Shown: piece after piece, positions 16,605 through 26,208 of the stretch
Layout of the letters: each line of letters opens with the position of its first letter
Numbering within the stretch: the stretch's first letter is position 1
Assembly: GCA_050049665.1 (NCBI GenBank)
Contig: JASFVU010000001.1
Location: 1 to 29,387 of the forward strand
Direction of reading: 5' to 3'
DNA length: 29,387 nucleotides
Source of the DNA: Bacteroidales bacterium
GTDB taxonomy: Bacteria > Bacteroidota > Bacteroidia > Bacteroidales > UBA10428
Position numbers and translations under genes: made by a program
Notes under the pieces: generated by a model
Seen by the model: only the letters and a program-made list of their open reading frames with translations
Told to the model about the DNA's origin: nothing
Databases searched by the model: none

Positions 16605-18884
16605 ATGTCTGATCAGGATAAAAAACCAGTAAAAGAGCAAAATCAGGATTCTGAGGTTGTTGAGAAAAAGGATGTTGCAAAGAAGACTTCTGCAAAGACA
16701 TCCGAGAAGAAAGCTGAGGGAAAAAAAGAAGAAAAACCGAAAACTACTGCTAAAACTACTGCCAAAACTACTGCTTCAAAGAAAAAAGAAACTGAAGCAA
16801 AAGCTTCAAAACCTGCTGCAAAGAAAACAACGGCAAAAAAAGCCGCAAAAGACGAAGAGACAAAGGAAACAAAGAAAAAAACCACTGCAGCAAAGAAAAG
16901 CACTACCAAGAAGACAGCTGCTGCCAAAAAGGAAGAACCGGCAAAGGGAAAAGAACCCTCAAAGGTAAAAGAGCCTGCAGCAACTGAAGATGTTACGGCC
17001 GCAGAAGACAAAAAAGAACTGGAAGCAAAGCCTGTTGCCAAAAAAGGAGCTGCCGCCGGGGCCAAAGCAAAAGCTGAAAAGTCACCTGCTGTACTGGACG
17101 AATCGGATGCAGGTTTTGACTGGGATACGTACAGCGATTCACTGGAAATTTATTCAGACAATGAGAAGGATGAATACGTAAAGCTTTATGATAAAACCTT
17201 ATCGACTGTCGCTGAAAATGAAGTGGTTGACGGTACCGTTATTTCAATGAACAAACGGGAAGTCGTGATCAATATAGGGTATAAGTCGGAAGGCGTGGTC
17301 AGTTTGAATGAATTCAGATACAACCCCGATCTTAAAGTTGGTGATGTTGTTGAGGTTTTCGTAGAAAGCCAGGAGGATAAAAAGGGCCAGTTGGTGTTGT
17401 CACACAAAAAAGCCCGTGCGCTTAAATCCTGGGATCGGGTGAATGAAGCACTGGAAAAAGACGAGATCATCAAAGGATACATTAAATGCCGTACCAAGGG
17501 AGGAATGATAGTGGATGTGTTCGGAATTGAAGCATTTCTGCCGGGTTCTCAGATCGATGTTAAGCCCATCCGCGATTACGATGTGTATGTGAACAAGACC
17601 ATGGAATTTAAAGTTGTAAAGATCAATCAGGAATTCAAGAATGTGGTGGTTTCTCATAAAGCATTGATCGAGGCCGAGTTAGAACAACAGAAAAAAGAGA
17701 TCATTGCCAAACTGGAAAAAGGACAGATCCTGGAAGGAACGGTTAAAAATATTACCTCTTACGGAGTTTTTATTGATCTTGGCGGTGTTGACGGTCTTAT
17801 TCATATCACCGATCTTTCCTGGGGTCGTGTAAATCATCCCGAAGAGATCGTTCAGCTGGACCAAAAATTACAGGTCGTTATCCTCGATTTTGATGACGAT
17901 AAGAAGCGTATAGCATTGGGATTGAAACAACTTACTTCTCATCCGTGGGATTCCCTTGATGAAAAACTGAAAGTCGGGGATGTGGTAAAAGGCAAAGTTG
18001 TGGTTATGGCCGATTACGGAGCTTTTGTCGAAATTGCTCCGGGAGTTGAAGGACTGATACACGTTTCTGAAATGTCGTGGTCACAGCATCTGAGAAGTGC
18101 CCAGGAATTTCTCAATGTCGGGGACGAGGTAGAAGCACAAATCCTTACGTTGGACAGGGAGGAACGTAAGATGTCCCTTGGAATGAAGCAGCTAAAAGAG
18201 GATCCGTGGGAAAAGATCGAGGAGAAATATGCCATCAATTCCAAACATTCTGCCAAAGTCAGGAATTTTACCAACTTCGGAGTGTTTGTTGAAATAGAAG
18301 AAGGTGTGGACGGACTGATCCATATCTCGGATCTTTCCTGGACAAAAAAGATCAAGCATCCTGCTGAGTTTACCAACATAGGAGAGGATATTGAGGTCGT
18401 AGTACTTGAAATAGATAAAGAGAACAGGCGTTTGAGCCTCGGACACAAACAACTTGAAGAAAACCCGTGGGATGTGTTCGAAACTTTATTTACCGTAGGT
18501 TCGGTACATGAAGGAACAGTTACTGAGGTGATGGATAAAGGCGCATTGGTAGCACTTCAATACGGAGTGGAAGGATTTGTGACTCCGAAGCATCTGGTTA
18601 AGGAAGACGGATCAAGCGCAAAGGTTGATGAAAAACTTCCATTTAAGGTTATAGAGTTTTCAAAATCTGCGAAGAAAATTGTACTTTCACATACGAGAGT
18701 GTTCGAAGAAGATAAGAAGGCTCCTGCTGATACAGGAAAAAAATCCTCTTCAGGTGCCAGAAAAGGGACAAAAAAGAAATCAAACCTTGAAAAGACAACG
18801 CTCGGAGATGTTGCGGATTTAGCTACTTTGAAGAAAGAAATGGAAAATGCTCAAAAACAAGATAAAGAAAAATCATCTGATTAA
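16605..18884 (+). CDS. rpsA: 30S ribosomal protein S1 with a long Lys/Ala/Thr/Glu-rich N-terminal extension
   Basis: Six S1 domains (IGYKSEG, EAFLPGSQID, DGLIHITDLSW, EGLIHVSEMSW, DGLIHISDLSW, GVEGF) and the Bacteroidota LEKTTLGD tail; the core begins near FDWD at residue 171. Confidence 0.97.
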   Translation: MSDQDKKPVKEQNQDSEVVEKKDVAKKTSAKTSEKKAEGKKEEKPKTTAKTTAKTTASKKKETEAKASKPAAKKTTAKKAAKDEETKETKKKTTAAKKSTTKKTAAAKKEEPAKGKEPSKVKEPAATEDVTAAEDKKELEAKPVAKKGAAAGAKAKAEKSPAVLDESDAGFDWDTYSDSLEIYSDNEKDEYVKLYDKTLSTVAENEVVDGTVISMNKREVVINIGYKSEGVVSLNEFRYNPDLKVGDVVEVFVESQEDKKGQLVLSHKKARALKSWDRVNEALEKDEIIKGYIKCRTKGGMIVDVFGIEAFLPGSQIDVKPIRDYDVYVNKTMEFKVVKINQEFKNVVVSHKALIEAELEQQKKEIIAKLEKGQILEGTVKNITSYGVFIDLGGVDGLIHITDLSWGRVNHPEEIVQLDQKLQVVILDFDDDKKRIALGLKQLTSHPWDSLDEKLKVGDVVKGKVVVMADYGAFVEIAPGVEGLIHVSEMSWSQHLRSAQEFLNVGDEVEAQILTLDREERKMSLGMKQLKEDPWEKIEEKYAINSKHSAKVRNFTNFGVFVEIEEGVDGLIHISDLSWTKKIKHPAEFTNIGEDIEVVVLEIDKENRRLSLGHKQLEENPWDVFETLFTVGSVHEGTVTEVMDKGALVALQYGVEGFVTPKHLVKEDGSSAKVDEKLPFKVIEFSKSAKKIVLSHTRVFEEDKKAPADTGKKSSSGARKGTKKKSNLEKTTLGDVADLATLKKEMENAQKQDKEKSSD
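16740..16775 (+). repeat. 12-nt tandem repeat x3 encoding KTTA-KTTA-KTTA within the S1 extension
   Basis: AAAACTACTGCT-AAAACTACTGCC-AAAACTACTGCT. Confidence 0.9.
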
Positions 18885-18918
18885 CCGAAAAGTGATATAT
18901 TTATAAAAACTTTTCCAT

Positions 18919-19266
18919 ATGGAATTCAAAATAGAAAAGCAGGATAATCACACCTTAATTCAAGTGCTTGAGGAAAAGCTTGATACTCATATCGCTCCGA
19001 CATTGAAATCAGAGCTGGTATTGGTATCGGGTAACGGAGAAAAAAATATCATACTTGATTTAAGCAAATGTCGTTACTGCGATTCTTCAGGATTAAGTGC
19101 AATTTTGGTTGCAAATCGTCTTTGTAAGAATGCCAGCGGCACATTTGTTCTTACCGGATTGAATGATGCAGTTGAGCGATTGATAACTATTTCTCAGCTT
19201 GATACTGTTTTGAATATTTCAAATACTATTGAAGAAGGTGTTGATTTAATTTCACAGGCCAGTTAA
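18919..19266 (+). CDS. STAS-domain protein (anti-sigma factor antagonist, SpoIIAA-like)
   Basis: LDTHIAP.LK, IILDLSKCRYCDSSGLSAIL phosphoacceptor motif; 115 aa. Confidence 0.9.
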   Translation: MEFKIEKQDNHTLIQVLEEKLDTHIAPTLKSELVLVSGNGEKNIILDLSKCRYCDSSGLSAILVANRLCKNASGTFVLTGLNDAVERLITISQLDTVLNISNTIEEGVDLISQAS

Positions 19267-19283
19267 TTTGTATTCTTTATAAA

Positions 19284-20219
19284 ATGAAATTTGAATTGAC
19301 GGTTTTGGGAAGTGCCAGCGCACTTCCGACGTCAACAAAGTTTCCTGCCGCTCAGGTACTTAATGTACATGAGCGTTTTTTTTTGATTGATTGTGGTGAA
19401 GGAACACAAATGCAACTCAGAAAAGCAAAAATTTCTTTTGGAAAATTGAATCACATCTTCATCAGTCATATTCACGGTGACCATATTTTCGGATTGTTTG
19501 GAATTCTTTCCTCATTTAACCTGCTGGGGAGAAAAACCCCTTTACATGTTTACGGGCATCCGGCGATAGAAAGAATCATAACATTCTATGCGGAGCAATT
19601 CGCCCCGGAAATGAGTTATGAGATCGTTATCCATGGTGTTTCCGGGAGAAACTTTCAGCAGGTCTATGAAGACAAAGCTGTTGAGATATTCGCTTTTCCG
19701 CTGAAACACCGGATTCCCTGTTTTGGTTATCTTTTCAGAGAAAGGTCAAGGCCCCTGAATATTAAGAAAGATGCCGTCGGAAAGTACAACCTTACAATAA
19801 AACAGATCAAAGCCATTAAAAATGGTGAAGATGTCATTCTCGGTTCGGGAGAAAAGCTGCGCTGTCGTTCTGTAACGGAAGCACCCTATAAAACAAGATC
19901 ATTTGCATACTGCAGCGATACGGCCTTGGATAAAAAGATCATTCCCTGCATAAAGCAAGTAGATCTGTTGTACCACGAATCTACCTTTTCAGATACCCAT
20001 AAGTCACTGGCACGGACCACCGGTCATTCCACCGCGAAACAGGCGGCATATATTGCCCGTGAGTCGAAAGCAAAAAAATTGCTCATCGGCCATTTTTCAA
20101 ACCGGTACAAAGAAGAGGGAAAATTGCTGGAGGAAGCAAGGGAAGTATTTCCCGATACGTTAATAGCGGAAGATCTGGGTACATATTCGGTGCCTTTGAC
20201 AAGGGAGAAGAATTATTAA
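19284..20219 (+). CDS. rnz: Ribonuclease Z
   Basis: LGSASALPT, LIDCGEGTQ, HIHGDH metal motif, PLKHR, YCSDT, LYHESTF, GHST and LLIGHFS motifs. Confidence 0.93.
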   Translation: MKFELTVLGSASALPTSTKFPAAQVLNVHERFFLIDCGEGTQMQLRKAKISFGKLNHIFISHIHGDHIFGLFGILSSFNLLGRKTPLHVYGHPAIERIITFYAEQFAPEMSYEIVIHGVSGRNFQQVYEDKAVEIFAFPLKHRIPCFGYLFRERSRPLNIKKDAVGKYNLTIKQIKAIKNGEDVILGSGEKLRCRSVTEAPYKTRSFAYCSDTALDKKIIPCIKQVDLLYHESTFSDTHKSLARTTGHSTAKQAAYIARESKAKKLLIGHFSNRYKEEGKLLEEAREVFPDTLIAEDLGTYSVPLTREKNY

Positions 20220-20242
20220 GTATCAAACCATGTATTAATGTT

Positions 20243-20250
20243 TATCTTTG
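20243..20250 (+). promoter_or_regulatory. Bacteroidota -7 element (TATCTTTG) upstream of guaA
   Basis: TAnnTTTG match 30 nt upstream of the GTG start. Confidence 0.6.
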
Positions 20251-20280
20251 CCGGATAGAAATTTCAATAACTGATTTGGC

Positions 20281-21810
20281 GTGCAGGGAAAAATTATCAT
20301 TCTCGATTTTGGTTCGCAATACACACAACTGATTGCAAGAAAAGTTCGCGAGCTGAATGTATACTGTGAGATCCATCCGTTTAATAAGGTGATCGATGCG
20401 GATCCATCTGTTAAAGGGGTTATCCTTTCCGGTAGCCCTTGCTCGGTCAGGGATACGGGACATCCTGTACCCGATCTCATAAAAATTAAAGGATCCCTGC
20501 CGGTTCTGGGTATATGTTACGGAGCGCAGTACCTGGCACAAAGTGAAGGCGGGGAAGTACTTCCCTCAAAACACCGTGAGTACGGAAGAGCATACCTCGG
20601 GTTTATTGACAGTGATTCGGATCTGCTGAAAGGAATTATGCCGGGATCCCAGGTATGGATGTCTCACGGAGACACGATCATAAGGCTTCCCGAAAGCTAT
20701 AAGATCATTGGCAGTACGCGGGATGTAAAAGTAGGTGCTTATGTCATTGAGAATGAAAAAACTTACGGGATCCAGTTTCATCCGGAAGTTTATCATACAA
20801 CCGACGGACTCATCCTTTTAAGGAATTTTGTTGTGGATATCTGTGGTTGCAGCCAGGACTGGACGCCCGCATCATTTGTCGAAAGTACGATCCGTGAGTT
20901 AAAGGAAAAACTGAATAACGACAAGGTTGTTTTGGGTTTGTCAGGAGGAGTTGATTCGTCCGTGGCAGCAGTCCTGCTGAACAGGGCCATAGGCAAAAAT
21001 CTCACCTGCATCTTTGTTGATAACGGTTTGCTGAGGAAGAACGAATTTAATAAAGTGCTTGATTCCTATAAGCACATGGGATTGAACGTGATTGGCGTTG
21101 ACGCCGGCAGGATCTTTCTTGATGACCTGAAAGGGGTTTCCGAGCCCGAAGCAAAGCGGAAAAGCATTGGAAAAAACTTCATTGAGGTCTTTGACAGGGA
21201 AGCTCATAAGATAAAAGATGTAAAATGGCTGGCGCAGGGTACCATTTATCCGGATGTGATAGAATCGGTTTCGGTAAATGGCCCTTCTGCCACGATAAAG
21301 TCACATCACAATGTCGGCGGACTGCCTGAACGGATGAATTTAAAGGTTGTGGAACCCCTGAATCTTTTATTCAAGGATGAAGTAAGGCGGGTCGGCAAAA
21401 CACTTGAGATCGACCCTCTTATACTGGGCAGGCATCCATTTCCCGGGCCCGGCCTGGGAATAAGGATACTGGGTGAGGTAACACCCGAAAAAGTAAAATT
21501 GCTGCAGGAAGTGGATGATATTTATATCGAAGGACTGAAGGAATACGGGTTGTATGATTCGGTTTGGCAGGCTGCAGCCATACTCCTCCCGGTTCAGTCG
21601 GTAGGCGTGATGGGAGATGAAAGAACGTATGAGTATGTTGTGACATTGAGGGCGGTTACTTCAACAGACGGAATGACAGCCGACTGGTCACATTTGCCGT
21701 ATGACTTTTTATCTGCCATCTCGAACAGGATCATCAATCAGGTAAAAGGGGTAAACAGGGTCGTATATGATGTCAGTTCAAAACCTCCGGCAACCATTGA
21801 GTGGGAATAG
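20281..21810 (+). CDS. guaA: GMP synthase (glutamine-hydrolysing)
   Basis: [54 protein letters not shown] and [10 protein letters not shown] motifs. Confidence 0.98.
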   Translation: MQGKIIILDFGSQYTQLIARKVRELNVYCEIHPFNKVIDADPSVKGVILSGSPCSVRDTGHPVPDLIKIKGSLPVLGICYGAQYLAQSEGGEVLPSKHREYGRAYLGFIDSDSDLLKGIMPGSQVWMSHGDTIIRLPESYKIIGSTRDVKVGAYVIENEKTYGIQFHPEVYHTTDGLILLRNFVVDICGCSQDWTPASFVESTIRELKEKLNNDKVVLGLSGGVDSSVAAVLLNRAIGKNLTCIFVDNGLLRKNEFNKVLDSYKHMGLNVIGVDAGRIFLDDLKGVSEPEAKRKSIGKNFIEVFDREAHKIKDVKWLAQGTIYPDVIESVSVNGPSATIKSHHNVGGLPERMNLKVVEPLNLLFKDEVRRVGKTLEIDPLILGRHPFPGPGLGIRILGEVTPEKVKLLQEVDDIYIEGLKEYGLYDSVWQAAAILLPVQSVGVMGDERTYEYVVTLRAVTSTDGMTADWSHLPYDFLSAISNRIINQVKGVNRVVYDVSSKPPATIEWE

Positions 21811-21844
21811 GATGATGAAGTTCAGAGTTTCGGCTTCGGGATCT

Positions 21845-21865
21845 GAAACCGGCACACCCGGTTTC
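21845..21865 (+). terminator. GC-rich hairpin downstream of guaA (possible terminator)
   Basis: GAAACCGG-CACAC-CCGGTTTC, a perfect 8 bp stem; there is no immediate U-tract, so intrinsic termination is uncertain. Confidence 0.35.
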
Positions 21866-22033
21866 CGTCTTCAGGCTTCAGTCTCCTGAATTCGTCTTTT
21901 GTAATAAAAAAGGGAGTTCTATGGTATGTGAAAAATGAATTGACTATTTTTTGCCATTTTTAACAAGAAATTATTATTTATACATACTTCTTTCCGTCAC
22001 GGAAAGTTTTTTATTAAATAAAACAATACAGGG

Positions 22034-23629
22034 ATGAGATTTTCTCGGAGAATATTACCGGTACTTTTTTTTGTCAGTGGACTTCTTTTGAATGCCGGTG
22101 CACAGGATCAGTCAAAGCAGGCTTTTAAATACGTACAATTTCTGAAATACCTGAATACTTACTATGTGGATTCGGTTGATAATGAGAAACTGGTTGAGGA
22201 TGCTATTAAAAGCCACCTTCAGGAACTGGATCCTCATTCCACTTACATTTCGGAAGAAGATGTCAGGAAGATGAATGAGCCTTTGAAAGGCAATTTTGAA
22301 GGTGTCGGGATCTCATTTAACATCCTTAAGGATACGCTTTTTGTCATTACCCCCGTACCCGGTGGGCCATCAGAGAAGGTGGGTATTCAGTCGGGAGACA
22401 GGATCATCAGGGTTGACGGGAAAAATATCGCCGGGATAGGCCTGACAAACGAGGACGTATTTTCCCTTTTGCGGGGAGCCAAAGGCACCAAGGTATCCGT
22501 TTCCGTTTTGCGCAGATCCGTAGATGAATTAATACGCTTTACGATCACACGTGACAAAATACCCATTAACAGCCTTGATGCCTCTTATATTATTAAAGAC
22601 GGGATCGGCTATATCAAGCTCAATCGTTTTTCAATGACCACGATCAGTGAATTCTCTTCTGCTTCAAAAGCCTTGATAGAACAAGGAACAAAAGATCTGA
22701 TACTTGACCTTACAGGCAATGCCGGCGGTTATCTGGACATCGCTGTTGTTTTGGCCGATCAGTTCCTGGATGATGAAAAGCTTATTGTATATACTCAGGG
22801 CCTTCACAGTCCGAAAAGAGAATATTATGCTTCTTCAAAAGGTTATTTTGAAGACGGCAGGGTGATCATTCTCATAGATGAAGGATCGGCCAGTGCAAGT
22901 GAAATAGTATCGGGAGCTATTCAGGATTGGGACCGGGGGATCATAATCGGCCGTCGTTCCTTTGGGAAAGGACTTGTTCAAAGACAGCTTGCGTTGCCCG
23001 ATGGATCTATGGTCAGATTGACAAGTGCAAAATATTATACTCCTTCCGGCCGCCTTATCCAAAAACCTTATGAAGACGGAAACGAGAAATACGGGAAAGA
23101 GATCTTTAACAGGTACGAGCATGGAGAGTTTATGAACAGAGACAGCATTCAGTTTCCCGATTCACTGAATTATCATACCCTGGTTTCCGGAAGGACCGTG
23201 TTTGGCGGAGGCGGTATCATGCCTGATATCTTTGTTCCACTGGATACTACCTCTTATTCGGATTATTACAGCAGTCTGATCAGGGACGGAATATTAAACC
23301 GGTTTGTTCTTGAATACGTCGATAACAACAGGATGGGAATGTTGGATAATTATTCTGATTTCCGGTTTTTTAAGGAAAATTTTCTGGTGACGGAGAAAAT
23401 ATTGGGGGAACTCTCGGAATTCGCTGAAAAAGAAGGATTGAATTATGATGAAACAGGCTTTGAACTTTCAAAAAGCAAAATTGCCTTGACAGTGAAAGCT
23501 TATATTGCCAGGGACCTCTGGTCGACAAGTGAATTCTACCAGATTATTAACCAGGATAATAATAACCTTTCCAAAGCTGTTGAAGTTCTTGATAACTGGA
23601 GCAAATATTCTGAGAAACTTTTGCAGTAA
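22034..23629 (+). CDS. S41 family carboxyl-terminal processing protease (CtpA/Prc-like)
   Basis: Signal peptide, LDPHS, PDZ domain (GVGISF...GPSEKVGIQSGD), LILDLTGNAGG, catalytic SASASEI, GKGLVQ and GGGGIMPD motifs. Confidence 0.93.
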   Translation: MRFSRRILPVLFFVSGLLLNAGAQDQSKQAFKYVQFLKYLNTYYVDSVDNEKLVEDAIKSHLQELDPHSTYISEEDVRKMNEPLKGNFEGVGISFNILKDTLFVITPVPGGPSEKVGIQSGDRIIRVDGKNIAGIGLTNEDVFSLLRGAKGTKVSVSVLRRSVDELIRFTITRDKIPINSLDASYIIKDGIGYIKLNRFSMTTISEFSSASKALIEQGTKDLILDLTGNAGGYLDIAVVLADQFLDDEKLIVYTQGLHSPKREYYASSKGYFEDGRVIILIDEGSASASEIVSGAIQDWDRGIIIGRRSFGKGLVQRQLALPDGSMVRLTSAKYYTPSGRLIQKPYEDGNEKYGKEIFNRYEHGEFMNRDSIQFPDSLNYHTLVSGRTVFGGGGIMPDIFVPLDTTSYSDYYSSLIRDGILNRFVLEYVDNNRMGMLDNYSDFRFFKENFLVTEKILGELSEFAEKEGLNYDETGFELSKSKIALTVKAYIARDLWSTSEFYQIINQDNNNLSKAVEVLDNWSKYSEKLLQ

Positions 23630-24258
23630 TGGTCTTTAATCAGGGGAATGTTCAGGACGGTATTGCAGAAGTAATCTGGTGGATACTGGTGAATTATATT
23701 GAGATTCTGGCCACTCTCACGGGATTGATCTATCTTGTATACTCAGTTAAAGGAAAGAAATTATTATGGGTTTTTGGCTTAATTACCTCTTTGCTGTATG
23801 TATATGTTTTTTTCCGGTCAAAAATTTATGCCGATATGGGGATCAATGTTTATTATGTCATAATAAGCATTTACGGCTGGATCCATTGGAGCAGGCCATC
23901 GGATCATAGCAGGGAACTGCCGGTATCAAAATTAAATCCGGCAAAGGGATTGGTTCTGGTATTGATAAGCATCCTGTTATTTGCCGTTATTGCATTTATT
24001 TTAATGAACTTTACAGATTCCGATATTGCCTTGTGGGATGCGTTTACAACCTCTCTCAGTATAGTAGCCACCTGGATGCTTGCAAGGAAGATACTGGAAC
24101 ACTGGATAGTATGGATCATTGTTGATTCGGTTTCTGCTGGTCTGTATGTTTATAAGGGATTGTATCCGACCGTCCTGTTGTTTGTTGTGTATACCACTCT
24201 GGCAGTTTTCGGGTATTATGAATGGCGTAAATTGTGGAAAATTCAGGAAACGACATAA
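23629..24258 (+). CDS. pnuC: PnuC family nicotinamide riboside transporter
   Basis: Multi-TM protein with YADMGINVYY...YGWIHW, DAFTTSLSIVATWMLARKILEHWIVW and GLY motifs; ATG overlaps the ctpA stop (TAATG). Confidence 0.9.
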   Translation: MVFNQGNVQDGIAEVIWWILVNYIEILATLTGLIYLVYSVKGKKLLWVFGLITSLLYVYVFFRSKIYADMGINVYYVIISIYGWIHWSRPSDHSRELPVSKLNPAKGLVLVLISILLFAVIAFILMNFTDSDIALWDAFTTSLSIVATWMLARKILEHWIVWIIVDSVSAGLYVYKGLYPTVLLFVVYTTLAVFGYYEWRKLWKIQETT

Positions 24259-24788
24259 AGCGGATTATTCTGACCGGACCGGAATCAACGGCTAAGACGG
24301 CTCTGGCAGAGCGACTGGCTGCTAAATACAGGACAAGGTACGTTGAGGAATATGCAAGGACTTATGTGAACGGGTTAAAAAGGTCCTACAATTACAGGGA
24401 TGTATTGAATATTGCTCTGAAGCAGGTTGAGATGCTGTATGAATATTCAAAAACAGGTACTTTACTCTTTGTTGATACCTATCTGATTATTACCAAAGTC
24501 TGGTTCCTCAGGAAGTTCGACTACTGCCCCGAATGGATAGATACGGAACTGCGTAAAACCCGGAATGACCTTTATCTCTTATGTAAACCGGACATCCCAT
24601 GGGTAGAGGACGGCATCAGGGAGAATGGAGGTGAAATGCGTGAAGTATTGTACCGGGAATATGAAAATGAATTGAAACAGGCCGGGTTAAATTTTGTTCC
24701 CATAGGAGGAACAGGTGAAGATCGTTTTTTAAATGCCTGTACGGCAACCCGGGATTTTATAAAAGAAGATGATGAAACAACAGGATGA
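24234..24788 (+). CDS. NadR-like C-terminal domain protein (ribosylnicotinamide kinase / AAA_28 family)
   Basis: TGPESTAKT P-loop variant, EEYARTY, FVDT, YLLCKPDIPWVEDGIRE motifs; adjacent to pnuC; GTG start. Confidence 0.82.
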   Translation: MENSGNDIKRIILTGPESTAKTALAERLAAKYRTRYVEEYARTYVNGLKRSYNYRDVLNIALKQVEMLYEYSKTGTLLFVDTYLIITKVWFLRKFDYCPEWIDTELRKTRNDLYLLCKPDIPWVEDGIRENGGEMREVLYREYENELKQAGLNFVPIGGTGEDRFLNACTATRDFIKEDDETTG

Positions 24789-25932
24789 TAAAATGGAGAT
24801 GGTGGCGAAAACTTTTCCCGGACTGGAAGAAGTACTGGCCGGCGAATTAAAACTGCTTGGAGCCAAGGGCATTGAGATACTGAACCGGGCAGTAAGGTTT
24901 TACGGGGACAGATCTTTGCTGTACAAAGCAAATCTTTATCTGAGGACAGCTTTGCGTATTCTGTTGCCGGTGCTGAAAGGAAACATCAAAACACAAATTG
25001 ATCTGTATGCCCTGATCAAAGATTATGAATGGGAAAGACATATAAAACCGGGGATGACCCTGGCTGTGGACACGTTTCTGAATTCATCGGTTTTTACCCA
25101 TTCCCAGTTTGTATCGCTGAGAGCTAAGGATGCTATAACAGACCGGTTACGGCAGGTATACAACCGGAGGCCGAGTGTTAATAAAAATGATCCGGATGTT
25201 TTTATTAATGTGCATTTAGCCAGCAATGCACTGACGGTTTCTCTGGATTCTTCGGGGTACTCACTGCATAAAAGAGGATACAGGAAAGGTAACTTTGATG
25301 CTCCGGTCAGTGAGGTACTGGCTGCAGGACTGATCATGCTGACCGGATGGAGAGGGGAAAAGGATCTCTATGACCCGATGTGCGGTTCGGGGACAATAGG
25401 TATTGAAGCGGCGCTTATAGCAAGGGAAATACCGCCGGGTATATTCAGAACTCATTTTGGATTTGAAAGACATCTGGATTTCGATGAAGCGCTGTGGAAT
25501 GACCTTTATGATGATATCCGGGAAAAAGAATGGAATGGAACGATCTATGCAAGTGATATATCCAAACAGGCAATTAAGGTTGCATCCCTGAATGCAAAAA
25601 ATGCCTCTGTACTGAAGAATATCCTGTACAAAGGGATAGACTTCAGAAATTATCCACCGACAAAAAATGAGGGTTTGGTGATCATTAATCCTCCCTATGG
25701 AGAACGAATGGGAGGCAATCAGATGATCAACTTTTATAAAATCATAGGAGACAGCCTGAAGAAAAATTTCACAGGCTCCGAAGCATGGATCATCAGCAGT
25801 AATTTGGATGCTTTGAAACATGTTGGATTAAGGCCCGTAAAAAGATATAAATTATATAACGGAGCTCTGGAATGCAGGTTTAATAAATATGAGATTTACC
25901 CCGGAAGCAGGAAAAAGAAATTTAGCCAGTGA
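24769..25932 (+). CDS. THUMP-domain class I SAM-dependent RNA methyltransferase (RlmL-like)
   Basis: AKTFPGLEEVLA, LDSSGYSLHKRGYR, DPMCGSGTIGIEAA and INPPYGERM motifs. Confidence 0.9.
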   Translation: MMKQQDDKMEMVAKTFPGLEEVLAGELKLLGAKGIEILNRAVRFYGDRSLLYKANLYLRTALRILLPVLKGNIKTQIDLYALIKDYEWERHIKPGMTLAVDTFLNSSVFTHSQFVSLRAKDAITDRLRQVYNRRPSVNKNDPDVFINVHLASNALTVSLDSSGYSLHKRGYRKGNFDAPVSEVLAAGLIMLTGWRGEKDLYDPMCGSGTIGIEAALIAREIPPGIFRTHFGFERHLDFDEALWNDLYDDIREKEWNGTIYASDISKQAIKVASLNAKNASVLKNILYKGIDFRNYPPTKNEGLVIINPPYGERMGGNQMINFYKIIGDSLKKNFTGSEAWIISSNLDALKHVGLRPVKRYKLYNGALECRFNKYEIYPGSRKKKFSQ

Positions 25933-26162
25933 CGCCTCACACTTATATTAGAAATGAAATTCAACGTTTTCGAAGTATTACCAACCAGCTTATTCGTAAT
26001 TTTATTGTTGACGTGACACCGGTTAAGAAAAGAATTAAGAATTGTTCTCAGGAAAAAAGGAATTGTTATAACAATTTTATTATATTTAACTATAGCATTG
26101 GTAAGATTTACCCTTAACAGTTTATGTGCCCTAATTTAAAGTTGTGCAATTGAGATTTTTTC

Positions 26163-26170
26163 TATATTTG
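26163..26170 (+). promoter_or_regulatory. Bacteroidota -7 element (TATATTTG) upstream of siaB/siaC-like genes
   Basis: TAnnTTTG match 38 nt upstream of the start, in an AT-rich 276 bp gap. Confidence 0.55.
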
Positions 26171-26208
26171 TTGAATTCAAAGAGGATCTTTGCTAACATA
26201 AGCTTTAT

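Noticed and set aside
16643-17181. Alternative-frame and antisense ORFs in the rpsA 5' region
   Set aside because: They are shadows of the low-complexity Lys/Ala/Thr codons of the S1 extension.
20220-20280. Purine riboswitch upstream of guaA
   Set aside because: The gap is only 61 bp, contains the promoter motif and shows no riboswitch core.
23560-23640. TPP or other riboswitch upstream of pnuC (PnuT thiamine-transporter alternative)
   Set aside because: pnuC starts within the ctpA stop codon, leaving no leader, and the partner is NadR-like rather than a thiamine pyrophosphokinase.
25929-26117. 62 aa ORF between the THUMP gene and siaB-like gene
   Set aside because: GTG start overlapping a stop codon, AT-rich, no motif; more likely promoter-containing intergenic DNA.
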